Shown here: piece after piece, positions 35,460 through 47,800 of the stretch
Layout: each line of letters begins with the position of its first letter
How positions within the stretch are numbered: position 1 is the first letter of the stretch
Origin: Amphiscolops sp. MND2022
Lineage: Eukaryota
Length of the DNA: 64,000 nucleotides
Direction of reading: 5' to 3'
Assembly: GCA_964187785.1 (NCBI GenBank)
Contig: OZ076415.1
Location: 18,538,001-18,602,000 of the forward strand
Notes under the pieces: model-generated
The model's database searches: none
What the model saw: the letters and a program-made list of their open reading frames with translations, nothing else
Told to the model about the DNA's origin: nothing
Translations under genes and position numbers: made by a program

Positions 35460-35682
35460 GTCCCTTTTGATTTTAGGTAAAGTTTAATAAAGTTTCCGAG
35501 CGTGTTGTTTGATAATTTTAAACCAGCATGCTCGCAATTGAATTCGTCTTGCAATTAACTGCCAGCACGCATTTTTGTAAACCATTTAAATTTATTTTGT
35601 CGCTAAATGGTTTCCAAACATGCTTTTTGGGACATTTGCTTGTTATTTTGTTATTGCACGCAAACTATAAAGGGTTCATCCA

Positions 35683-36152
35683 ATTTTTTAGTCGGCGCTT
35701 TTCTTGAAAAGAGCCGACTATAGTAATGGCGTTTCGTCAGTGTTTTTTCCATACACCTGAAGTGACCAAAATAAATCTACCAAAAGTTCTAGCGAAAGTT
35801 TAAATTGCTGCTGTTGGACCAGGGAACTGAACCAAAAATGTTTCCTGCGTAACATACAATACCGGACGAGATCAAAGGGTATTTCCCCTTTCCCCTGTCA
35901 GTTTTTTTCGGCATTGCGAGCCTTTTTTCGGAAAAAACTCCCCAATGTGCCCCCCTTCAATTTTTCGGAGTTTTGCGACAGAATGGATCTTGAAAAATAC
36001 CAAAGGCCCCCCTTTCACTTTTTTTACACACCGTGAGAAATTTTTCCAAAACATTTCCAGTGCTGTAGAAGAGAATACTTTGACACTTTGAAGTATTTTT
36101 GCCATTTTTGAGCCTTAGATATGGCGCCGACTTGGGTCGTTCCTGGCTTGTT
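35683..36152 (-). mobile_element. HINE/DINE-like non-autonomous element, copy 1
   Basis: Terminal stem-loop AGTCGGC...GCCGACT at 35690-35719 plus an inverted GCGCCGACT at 36124-36132; both ends shared with 54405-54806. Confidence 0.5.
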
Positions 36153-37117
36153 ATGCATTGGAAAAGGCAATGTAGTTGTTTTTGGAGGAGAGATTGTGAA
36201 GATAAAACGTCCACCTAACAAATTATCCTAAGAAACGAAAAAATACTATTTGATGTGTTACATCCATGATTCATGATAAAGAGGGTCAAGCCGGATCATC
36301 ATACGTTAAACCAAAATTATGTTACGGGGTACCTTATTGAAAAGTAAACGATGAGTTGCTGGACATGGGCAGTTATCGAACCCTTTTTTCTGCCTCTTTC
36401 TGCAAATTGAAATAAATTGAATAATTGATGGAACATTTTCCTCCCCCCCACACACACACACACACTTTTCAAGATGATGTTTTTGCAATTAATTATATCT
36501 CAATTGCGTTTCCAATGAAACAATTCAGTTTTAAACTTATTCTCAGGGTGATAGGTTAGGATTCAGATACAAACTTTGTTCACACTTCTTCCCTTATGTA
36601 GTTATGAATTTTTGATGAAGAAATCAACAGCTTCCTGTTTTGAGTAATCAATAAACACTCAATACGAACATAATTAGTCAAATTGCGTGAACAATGTTTT
36701 GATCAAGCGGAAAACTACTCTAATAGTGTGGAGACAACAAAACAATGAAAAACACTTATTCGAAGAAATATTGAATGATATAGTCAAATATAATCCTTTA
36801 TGTTGAGTTTGTTTTCTTTAAAAAGTGAGGGGAGGGGATGGGGAAGGAAGAAGAGCCCAATTGATAGCCCCTAAAATGAGCTCAAATCACCCCCCTCTTA
36901 CGTAAAAACTGTAACCTCGCTTCAAAAAAAATACATTAAAAATATTATCTATGACTTCCAAGAGTTCGACACAATCAGACACTAACTATTTTTAAATCCT
37001 TTTTCCCAAAACTCCACAGATGTGGGTGCAAAAGAAAAACTGACTTTTGTCTCCCGAGCCCCATAAGACTCTTTTTCTACCATTTCATACCACCCCCAAA
37101 CAAAAATAAACATGAGG

Positions 37118-38699
37118 TGTAAGGACTAACGTCCGTGTGGTCTCTCAAATCACAAGCAGATCTTGAATCCTTCTTTGTTAGTCTTGTATTTGTGTTCTCC
37201 CATGCGCTTCTGATTCCTTCCTCATTTGTGGACGTACACGGCCCAACGCTATGTTGACCCAAAGGCAAATTTTCTACCATATTCTGTATTTCTGGAATAA
37301 TTCTCTCACTTATAGCAGAACTAATGGCCCTGCTAATCTGCGATTGCATTAGGTCCATCATAGCCTCCATCTCGCGTGACATCCTAGCATTCATTTCCCC
37401 AGATAGTGTGTTGATAGACTCTATCAGTCTACTTTCCCTAACAGGTTCATTTCTACTGTCAATGTCTCTAATCTCATTTTCTTGAGATGAATTTTCTCTG
37501 TTCGGAAAAGACTGAAAGTCTCGTTGTCCCTCTGAGACGTTAATTAAACTGTCAAGTTCTCTTTCTATAGAGTTAGAGTTTCTCCCACCTAGCATCACGT
37601 CCATGTTGCCGTAATCAGACAACATATCTAATTCTCTTGATTTCCTAGACTTGGCCTTTTGTCTCCTTGAAGAAGGCATTGAAAATATTGTTCCAGGAGA
37701 AAATAAGTAAATTATTCCTGTGGACAATCAAGAAATTGGGCTTACAGTGTATCTTTAACGATTAGTATAAGAGCAACTGATCTAGTACCGAGTTATTTTA
37801 ACAATCCCCGCTCAGAGGCCAACATGGGTTTATATACCCAAGTGGGCATGACACTCAACAAAATGGCTGTCACGTTACTAAAAATAACTTACAAGTTATA
37901 AATAGATCGCGTCACTACTTTTTAAAGCATCATTACAACACTGGGTATGTTTGGGGCGACATGATCAAAGTGCCTTGTAAGGCCGTGGCGGGACATGCCG
38001 TTTGAACGGCTGAAATTATTTACATGAGTCTCATGTTTGAATCAACACTACATGTATACATAATCTATGTGGACCTGCATGGCCGATCGTCATGAGGGGC
38101 ATTCTAAATTCATGAAGGATAAATGATGAAACTGCATTTACTAAGAAAGCGCTGTATATCCATCATCTAATTACATTTTCATGTACAATTTCAAATAACA
38201 CTCAATGTGTCGATAGGCCGTGAAAGGCCTTACTTAAAATAATAGCATCTAGCAATTGGAACACTTAACTCGTAAGCCGAGTCCGTCCTTATTTTGCTTG
38301 TACAGTTATCAACAAAGCATAGCATGAAACAAAGCAGGCCGGTCTAATCACGTGGCCGGACTGGTCCTTTCTTGATTAAATATATAGTTAGCAACAATGA
38401 GCGGTTGAGTGAAATTAGCATGGCTGTGATTGGTCAATTTGCCGTACGCGGCCATATTAGCTATACTGAACAGGCAGCCATTTGAACACGTTTCCTTTCT
38501 GCCTGTCAGTATAACTTGCTGTCAAATAATATCACAATAAACTAAAATAACTTTCCATGTATTGAATGGACTAATATTGAGTTTTAATCAACAAATAAAG
38601 TTTGTGAAATAGTTTATATTGGAATTGTTCCGGGTAGGGCAATCGGTATACTGTGGTCGATCGTATAGAGGTTGCCATCGCAGGCGGCCGCCTGCGACA
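37118..38699 (-). repeat. 3' LTR of Gypsy-B (contains an uninterrupted Gag-N frame from ATG 37679)
   Basis: Direct repeat of 51207-52834 with scattered substitutions and an indel of roughly 40 bp; ORF 37077-37727 runs out into flanking DNA. Confidence 0.95.
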
Positions 38700-39439
38700 C
38701 TCCCCCTGGAAAGAGTAAAAAAGTGCCGACTTGCATCCCTCTATGAAAGCTCTTCTTCGCGCCTCGACTTAAAGGGCAGTCTCTCCCGGGATAGTTGTTT
38801 TGTCCAGATAATCAGAGATTGCTTCCTGCTGTAGCGTAGATTTTCCGCAGACCACACAGTCAGAGTAGTTCACCAATGGTCCGAATCCACTAAGCTCCAT
38901 ACCTTGGAAGTGGTTCGTGATCGTATCCAAGGTCTGTTGCGGGCCTGAACCAACTGATTGACTTGAATGAAGACTGGAGGCCGGCCCCCTCTCTTCGGGT
39001 GGGGGCGACATTGGTGTATCCACCAGTGGAGTTGATTTACTGCATAATTTTATCGGGTGGTTATTACGCACTCGGTCATCACGTCATATTGGTCCATTTC
39101 CTCTTCCCAATGAGAAGAAGGACTGGACAAAAACAGGCGGGGGCTGTGCTTTTGGTCGAACGTTTTATTCCTTGCGAGATTGTCTCGCATATTAACACAG
39201 TCTAACCTCGAACTTGATGGACCAGGGACGGGAATGGGCGCTGATAACTCCATCTCAACACATTGCGCCATCATCATGATCTCGTCATCGTATTCTTCGT
39301 CATCTGAGGTTAATTGTAAGTCCATCACGGACGTAACGCTGAGGTTGTCCAATTCTTCCTCCTCGTCACTGGACAGGTAGATCAATTCTATCCTTCGAGG
39401 AGCGGCGCCACAAAAGTCTTGAGGAAACCGTTCAGCCAT
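38614..39439 (-). pseudogene. Sense accessory ORF of Gypsy-B (acidic, SIM-like motifs, CxxC), reading into the 3' LTR
   Basis: ORFs 39050-39439 and 38769-39071 join by a frameshift. Past a TAA at 38769-38771 and a second indel the frame continues EARRRAFIEG-MQVGTFLLFPGGVSQAAACDGNLY...PI* to 38614. Confidence 0.65.
38700..38709 (-). promoter_or_regulatory. Polypurine tract of Gypsy-B
   Basis: Minus strand CCAGGGGGAG immediately before the LTR TGTCGC. Confidence 0.75.
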
Positions 39440-40632
39440 ATATTTTGCTTTAAACAGTTTTTTTTTCGCAATTTTGAAAGAATCAGAAAATGAAAACTGA
39501 AAGTTTTAGTCTTCACAAGGTGACTGTTTTTGAAAACTTCAGAAGGAAGAATGGCAATTTCTTCTTTCTAAGGTGGCTTGAAGTTCTTTCAGGTCTCGTG
39601 GGTCTTTCCCGGGTTTTCGTCTTTCCCGGCGATTGTTTCACCGATAACGTCTCCTAAACTTCTTTTGATGATTCCAATAAGCCGCTTTGTTTACATCATC
39701 ACTTCAGTCGTTTGCCCGACGCGGCGAAGAGCCATAAATGACATCGCTGAGTGTTTATCTCCACTTGATATCCACTTGAGAATTTCAAGAGAGGGTGATG
39801 AAGTTTTAAGGCCAAGCGCGGCGCATCGCCGCGACAGACAATGGGAATCGCCCACTCAGTCCGCTTTTCAGAATGGCGGAATTAAAAATAATAACCCAAA
39901 TAAGGAAATAATAAAATAACTAAAAATAATGAAATAACCAAGATAATAAAATAATGAAAATGCATGTTTTGAAATATAACTAATGTGGATTTCTCTGGCA
40001 GATTCCATCCACAAAATAATTCTCATAATTGTAAAAATATTTGACATCAAATCCAGTTTGCCACGAACTCCAACTTTGCTACTGCAATTGCAATCATTCT
40101 CTATTTCAATTGTTATTTTATCAATTCAAAATTTAACCATCGTTTACTTGGTCTTTAGTAAGTCTTTTAGTCGTCATCATTTTAAATCAGTTCATCAGCG
40201 AACAATTTATTTTCCTTCCGTCACTATTTACGCTTCTGTCCCGACGCCACTATCGTCACTTTCTTTCTTTCTTGGAATCTTTCCCAATTCATCTTCCACG
40301 TTTTCACTCCTGCGATTCATCTGGCCTCATCGGTCCTTCATTGCTGTTCCGAGCATACTGGTGCAACACGTACTCTTGCATTTGTGAGCAACTGCCTCCA
40401 GTCCTTATACGTCCATCATCCGCAGGTAAGCTATTTGGTCTTTTCAATTTTTGAACGGAAATAAGCTTGATCAGGTCTCTTCCTCTCGTTCATTGACTTC
40501 CTGTCCATTTTCACTAAACAAGTTTAGCATTTGGAATATTTTCTTTTCACTTCCGGAAGGTTTTAATTGCGGTTGTTCTTGGACTCATATTCAGGAAGTT
40601 GTCCGCAAAACTTTATATCCTTCTGTTTAGAT

Positions 40633-43600
40633 ATGTCTTCTGAGAAGGAAATGCCAAAATCCACTGTTCCCAGTGGTGATGGGAACGGATCTACTGAAGT
40701 AGAGCAGCAAGGTAACGCAGCACAAGTTGACCCTGTCCGGCCTTTGTCCCAAACGTCCTTTTCTAGTCCGTCTACAGAGGAGAGCGTCTCTGCCTTTATT
40801 GAAAGAATCGCCACATGTATGGAATTCCCAACACGTGAATCTGAGATCAGTGACATACCGATACCTATGCCTGCCACAGTTACGTCGACAATCTTCCCTG
40901 AACTTTTGAAAGTTTCTGTCTCTGACCCAATCGTCGTGAGTCAGGACGTGAGCGAGGAGAAAACTGGCCCTGCCATCGAGCCCGAGTTGACTTCGCAATC
41001 TGGAGCTGCTCCCCTTTATGGAGACACTAGCGATGCTGAAGAACTTTTAGATAGTTCTGGCGTAGATGCATTTCCTCCCATTACGTCCTCCTTGGCGTGG
41101 GATCCTTCTGCTTTCCCCGAGTTCGAGGGAGAATTCCGAGCCGAGTCTGGCCACATTGACACAGAGCAGGAGCAGTATCGCGCTAGGGTTGCCAATTCCG
41201 ATAGGCAACTATCAGTTAAAGGAAGATCGGTCATTAAGAAGTATTTCACAGCGGCCACTCCCGTCCAATTGCCAGCCGGTCATACGACCATTGCCTTCAA
41301 TGAGGATCAGGTCCACGCCATCCTTCGCACTGTTGCCGATGAGTCTGTGATATCTTCTTATCACATGATGAAATCTCTCTTGCTACATGCCACTAGTGGG
41401 ACTTCACAAGACAAGAAGAGAAGCCCTACACCAGCTCGTCGGCCTTCTAGCAGTTCAGGTGATGAAGGCAGCTTCGGAGGAAATACCAGTGACGGCTATA
41501 CGAGCTGGGGCGTTCAATACTGACGAGGACCCGTATCAGGGGGGGTCCATATCTAGGACAGATGGGGTAAGTGAGACTGGATCTAGAACAAAACTTCCTG
41601 AAACGCCTCTTAGGTTCAATCCCAGCACGTCTCGCGCTGAGGTCACGACTCCCACTTCCGGAAGTGGGTACAGCAGCACTGACCACCAGCCACTATCCGT
41701 CCTCAGACGGTCACGAGAACCTGATGTGGCTACTCCCAGTCCTCCATGAAAAAGAAGGAAAATGCTTAGTAAGCCAGGGAAAGTCATGAAGGACGCTTAC
41801 TTTAAGGGCATCCAGTGGACTCGGACTTTCGTGTCCGGACCTCTTGATCCTGTCCACAACAAGTTCAAATTTTATTGTATGCTGTGCAAAACGAAAGTGT
41901 CAATATATTCCAAGGGTGCCAGGGAGATCTTATGGCACTACAGAACAGATGGCCATCTGAGGAAGGACCAAAAGTGGAGGTTTGTGCACTTGCAGGAAAC
42001 CGACGAATTCACCGGAAATGTGACTCACCAGGTCAGAGGCAAAGACGGCTGGGTGCTTACTCCCGTCGAATTAGAGAAAGAGAAACCATTATTCATGGAT
42101 GTCCCTCTGATCGAAGCAGGAGATCGGTTTCCGTTTTTCGAAGATTATATGGCCAGTATAGGGGGTATCACTAACCCTGATGACTTGAGGACTAGCACTC
42201 TAATTTCCCTGATCGGCACCTTCATTCCCAAGGACGGAAATTTCTCACTACTCCAAAGTCTCTGGACTAAAGTCGGACAATTCACCAACCATCAGACCCT
42301 GTTTTCTTCTTTCGACTGGGGGTCCGCCACACTTACCGTAAGTATTTCTTTTCCTAGAATCCTGGTGGTGATTCGTTGTGAAATTACTACGATTGAGCCC
42401 ATATTCTCCTTTTCAGAACATTTTCCACCACATCTTCATGCGCGGACTTTCCGACATCTCAGGACATGTTGTCTCCAGTGGCTTGTATTCGCTTGAATTT
42501 ACTACCCAGGGCGTTTACCGTTGCCTATCGATCCGGTTTTGGAAGAATGACTTACTGGCAAGAGTTGAATTTTATCGCCACCACCAAGGGGAGGCTTATC
42601 CAGATTGTTATTTGTCTGCCATCTCGCACGTATTGTCTTCCACTTCCTCCAAACCCAGCTTGGTCAGTGTTTCCGGCTGTTCCTCCATGGTATTTCGCGC
42701 CCTTGAGACCAGCGGTCTTTTCAAGAATGGGATTCAATATCCATTCCGATTTGAAGCCATCTCCCTACCGGAACTCATGCACCCAAATGTGCTTCAAACT
42801 AAGCATGTCTTCGGCCGAATCGACATGTTCACACAACTCAAGTATCTGGTTGTCTTTCTGCGCGGGTGCCAGAGCCAGCCATGGGGCCTACAGTGTCCGG
42901 AGCTTTGCAAGGTTTTCATCTATTTTTGATCCACTGTTTTGGTTTATATTTCCTCGTCAGCAGTTTTGTAGTTGAGTTTTCCTTTTGTGGTAAACGTAAC
43001 TCAGATCTTTCCATGTTATTTCGTCCCCACTTTGTAGGCTTCGGCTGCATGCGACATTCAGTTGAAGAAAACCCCAGCTCTGTGTACTGAACTCATCAAA
43101 CACTGGAAGGACGTCCTTGACTTCATGACGAAGACGGCCCCAACACAAGTCTTGCAAGGTGTCAAGAACAAGGTTTGTATATTTTTAATCTTTCATTCCG
43201 CTTCGGTGTTAGGATGGTCCCAATTTCCCAGTGTTGTCTTAGGCCAGTATAACTTGCATCTTACTCCTTTGAAAGTATAATCTCCCTTTTCAGCCACAGA
43301 GTCTAGAATGGGTGATAATCCAAGACGACTTCTTCACTGTCAAGCTTGAGTTCTTCTCCTGTTTGGTCCGCGATTGTTAGTTCCTTTCCTATATTTGTCT
43401 AGTTCTAATTTTCATCTTTTTCCAATTGCCGCGCTCGGCCCCTAGGACATATTTAGCACGCTTTTACTATGGAGCTTCTTTTTCACGCTTTTGAGTCTGT
43501 ATTCTATTTAGATACGAAGTGCTTTGAACGCAGCCTGGCAGGACGACGAGATGCAACTTTGTTCGTCTACGGACAGTACTGCCGCTTTATTCGTCGCTTG

Positions 43601-44671
43601 CGTCACAGGGCGATTCTTTCTAAGTGTACTCCTGATGATGCCGAATGGACTAAGCTCCTACAATTGTGCCCCGATGACTTGAAACAGTTATCCAGCCGTA
43701 ATTTTCTGAGCCGGTTGAAATTGGAGACCGACTTGGACCAAGCTTGTCGAGCCAAAATAAAACGACATCAAGATGATAAGAAGCCGGGCCAACCAAGTCT
43801 TGATGCCCTCGTTGCCAAAGAGAGGGAGAATTTTGGAATTGAGGCCCGAGGTTACATTGTGTCCTTACTGGAGGCTCTGTTGCGCAACGTGCATTTCACC
43901 GCCAACATTGTGCACGGGATGGGTTGTTTCGACCCTCACGTACTGCTCTCTTTGCCGCTCAGCCAGGTTACTTTCTGTTTCGATTCCTTGTACGATAGTT
44001 TCCGAGTTCGAGGCTGGGTAGACGAAGCTTCTAAGAGCGAGTGCCGAGATGAATATTTCGAGTTTGTGGACTACCTACGCAGTGCTTACTCGTCTATAAA
44101 GAACTCCCCTGGCACTATTCCAGATATGCTGGACTTCCTCGTGCCCATGCCCGCTTTTCAGAGTCGTTCGAGGCTCTTTCATTTTTTCAGGCTCTGTTGT
44201 CTCTGCATCACTGAGGGCCATCATGACCTTCCAGCTGTCAAATTCCAGGATGTAGATACATCTAGTTCGAATTGTCGTCTTTCCGCTGTGATTCTACCTG
44301 CACAGTCTTATCTGGCCAACTGCCCTGATGCGATAGCCGTTTGCACTACTGAGTCCGCTTTGGCTGCATACAAAGAATTGTCTGACCAGTTTAATTCATG
44401 CCAGTTTGCCGGAGATCCTTGATCTCATGTGGATGTTTTTGGTCGAGCCAATTTCCTAAAAACTTTAACTACGGCTTACAAAAATCTGAAAGGAGTTCCA
44501 ACTGCTGTGGTTGCCACTACGTCTCGTTCGTCCTCTGTTTCCAGCTCTGCTGTGCGCAAGATTAATTGGGCTGCTGGTAAGGCCCAGGAATTGGCTTTTT
44601 TCGGCGACATCCCACCTAGCGAGATTTTCAAGACGGTGAAGGAGCTGCGTCAAGGCTCATCTAAAGACTAA
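40633..44671 (+). pseudogene. Spliced antisense accessory gene of Gypsy-B (~1190 aa when repaired)
   Basis: Exons 40633-42337, 42417-42911, 43038-43172, 43294-43375, 43512-44671. Introns 42338-42416, 42912-43037, 43173-43293, 43376-43511. Lesions: frameshift near 41505, TGA 41747-41749, TGA 44420-44422 (TGG/Trp in copy A). Confidence 0.8.
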
Positions 44672-44846
44672 ATGTACAGAGGGTACATTTGTTATTTTAG
44701 ACTTTCAATTTGTATCTTTGTTTCGTAGTTTTCTGTTTGTATATTTATGCAGTTAGTCTGTTTTAAAGTAAGTCAGAAAGGTCCCAGTGAAAAAACGTGC
44801 CATCTCAGGCAATAAAATAAATAGGGACACAATTTAACATTTCTGA

Positions 44847-47800
44847 CTAGTATCTGTATTCATCAGTAAAGTTGGGGTTGGGGTTAGGTCGAAGGTTGGA
44901 TTTCCCCCCTCTAGGGCTAGAGTTTTCATCAGTTTTTTCATTTGTTTTTCCATTCGATATTCCGGGCACGGTAATATCATCCCCCTCATTAAGAGAGTTT
45001 TTCTCGCCTTCTAATTCATTTGTGACGTCATTCACGTTCTTTTCTGAACTAGGTGGTGTATTTCGGCTAGTGGCCGTTCTCGGCCTTCCTGTTTCGCTGC
45101 TTTGTTCATCTCGCGCAGCATTCTCGTTAACGTCATGTTCGTCATGCACTATAGGTGCGTCTCGGCTAGCGGCCGTACACGGTCCCGCTTCATTTTCATT
45201 CATTTTGGTTCGTTCATTCAATTCGGTGACGTCATTTGCGTCTCGTGTGATTGTGCCTTCTCGGCTGGTGGCCGTCCCCGGCCTTACCGCGTTGTCATCA
45301 GCGTTGTCATCAATGACGTAATCACTAGTCGTGACACCAGCATCGCTGTCTGGTGTTTGCGATTCTTCGTCCGTATTATCGTCTCGTCTCGGCTCGAAGA
45401 CATGGTAGTCAAAGTCTGCTTCCCATGAGATGGTGTATAAATCATCTTGCGGTATGATTATTTCATCATCTGGTTGCAATTCCTCTTTGGCATATTTGTC
45501 CTCTAAAGGCGTGTTTGGAACAAATTTTTTCAGGCGGATTCGGTGTAATATCTGCGTTTTATTCGTATTTAAGCGGCGGACAATGTAATTGTCGTTAGGT
45601 AATACCCTTTCAATTCGATAAGGACCGATCCAGCGGTATTCTCTAAATGGTTATTTTGATCCTTGATTATCCCCTTTAGGCTGTAGGATAAAACAAAAAT
45701 CTTGTTCTCTGAGAGGAGCTGCTTTGGCTTTTCGGTCATGGTACTCCTTATATTTCAAGTAGGACTGCATAATGTTATGCTTCGTTTTGTCAATGAGAAC
45801 TTTCGTTCTCTGTTGTAATTCTTCAGCAAATTCCGTCGTCGGGAGGAAATCCTTATTAGGATTATTTCCAAGTTTATGATCAAAAACATTGTAGGGAATT
45901 CTTCCGTGAAAGACCTTGCTCGGTTCACAACCGATGCTGGATTGATAAGTTGTGTTATAATTGAGCACTGCTAGTGGCAAATATTTGTGCCATTGACGGC
46001 GATATTCCCCTGAGGCCATTTTCAAATTTGTCTTCAATGAGGCGTGAGTTCTCTCGAGTTTGCCAATTGTTTGTGAATGTTTAGTCGTCGCACATTTTAG
46101 GGTTCTTCCCAATACTTGCGTTATTTCTGCAATAATTTTTGATGTAAAAGCGGTTCCTTTGTCGGTGATGATCGTAGTTGGCAACTATGAATGCTTCGTC
46201 ATGATGTCTATTAAGACCTTTGCCGTATTAGAGGCTGTTGCCTCAACAAGCGGGTAGGCAAACAGATATCTTGAAAAGACATCTATTGCCGTCATCACTG
46301 TTTGGTAACCCCCGCTTGTTGGCAAGTTTGGGAGTAAATCGATTTGCATTGCGTCCTCTGGTCCAAGGTCCCATTCTGGTAAGTTAAGCAATTTAGGCGT
46401 TATCGTGTTGTTTGGAGCCCGTTTATCTTTTGCGCAAGTTACACATCCTTCTACCCATTTTTTAACATGTTTTGCTATACCGGGGTAGTAGTATTTCTGT
46501 CGGATTTCTTGTTACATTTTCGATATGCCAGGGTGTTTGTGCGCCGTTCCATGTAAGGCCTGTAACAATTCTTTCAAAAGGTGTTTTGGTAAGAAAACCT
46601 GGTGATACTTGACTTGTCCGGTTTCATCATAATATTGTCGTGACTATTTCGTCTTTAAGGACTATTCGGTCCAAGTTGTTAAGGTAGTGTTTGTATCGGA
46701 TATCTTGCTGAAGTAGTTCTTCAGAATAGTCTTCGTTCTGAATTTTGGCTTTGAGTTGGCGCAGTATAGGGTCTTTGGATTGTTCAAGTAAGATTTGATT
46801 CGTTCTGCGCATTTTTTGGGTAAAGTTTGTAATTTCATCTACTAAATTTTCAGATATTGCGTCAATGTGAATTACGCCTTCTTGGTCGATTGGGTTGGTT
46901 CGGCTTTGTTTTTTACGCTCCCAAATTTGAGATTCTGTCTCATCATCTTGGTCCGTGAAGAAAACCTGTTCTTCCTCTGCAACGCCTGCCGATTGGACAT
47001 TGACCTCGATGGGCTTAGTCTCTATGTCTTCGCGGATTTTAAGGACTAGTTTCTCTTTAGGGTCTGTTTCCATGCGAGATAAGTAATCGGCTGCTGTGTT
47101 GTTTTTTCCTGGTATATGTGCTATGACAAAGTTGAATTGTATTACATAGTCACATGCATTCCAGAGTGTTGGAGGGATTATCTTCGTCTGGAAGAATCTC
47201 GTGACCGATTTGTTGTCCGTTAGGATAGTAATCGGTTTGGGGGCTCCCCAGAAAATAAGTCCAAATTCTTTGAATGCGTAATAAATCGCTAAGAATTCCT
47301 TGGCGTATATGGACATTTTGAGTTGCGATGGCGTAAAAGTTTTTGAGCCATATGCAATTGGAGCGTATGATTTTTTGATAGATGATAATTTCTGGTTTGG
47401 GTCGTCCTCGGTAAGTATGGCGTAGCCGGCCGCTGTGAAACTAGCGCCTGTCATCAGGACCAGTTGCTTGTTGGGCAAAGGTTGCTTCAGGGCCAATTGG
47501 CTACATTTGTCGAGGTCCCGTTTGATTTCATTGAACTGTTGTATTAGTTCTGCAGTCACCAGGACTTTTTCGTCTTTTTTGAGAAGTTGGAAGAAGGGGG
47601 CTAATTTTTCAGATAGTCTTGGGATATAGTTCCTGTAATAATCGAGGAAACCAAGATATCTTTGCAAAGCCTTTTTAGACTTGGGGAATTTGGTTCTTTC
47701 TAGGAAGTTTGTTATTCGCTCCTTTTGTGGTTTGACACCTTCCGGGGTAATTGTTCTTCCCAAGAAATCGATTTCCGTTGCCCCAAAGTGACATTTGTGC

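Noticed and set aside
41747-44422. Two in-frame TGA codons in antisense gene B suggested TGA=Trp recoding or readthrough
   Set aside because: The same element also has TAA and TAG stops and frameshifts, copy A has TGG at the second site, and TGA ends other ORFs normally. Ordinary decay explains it.
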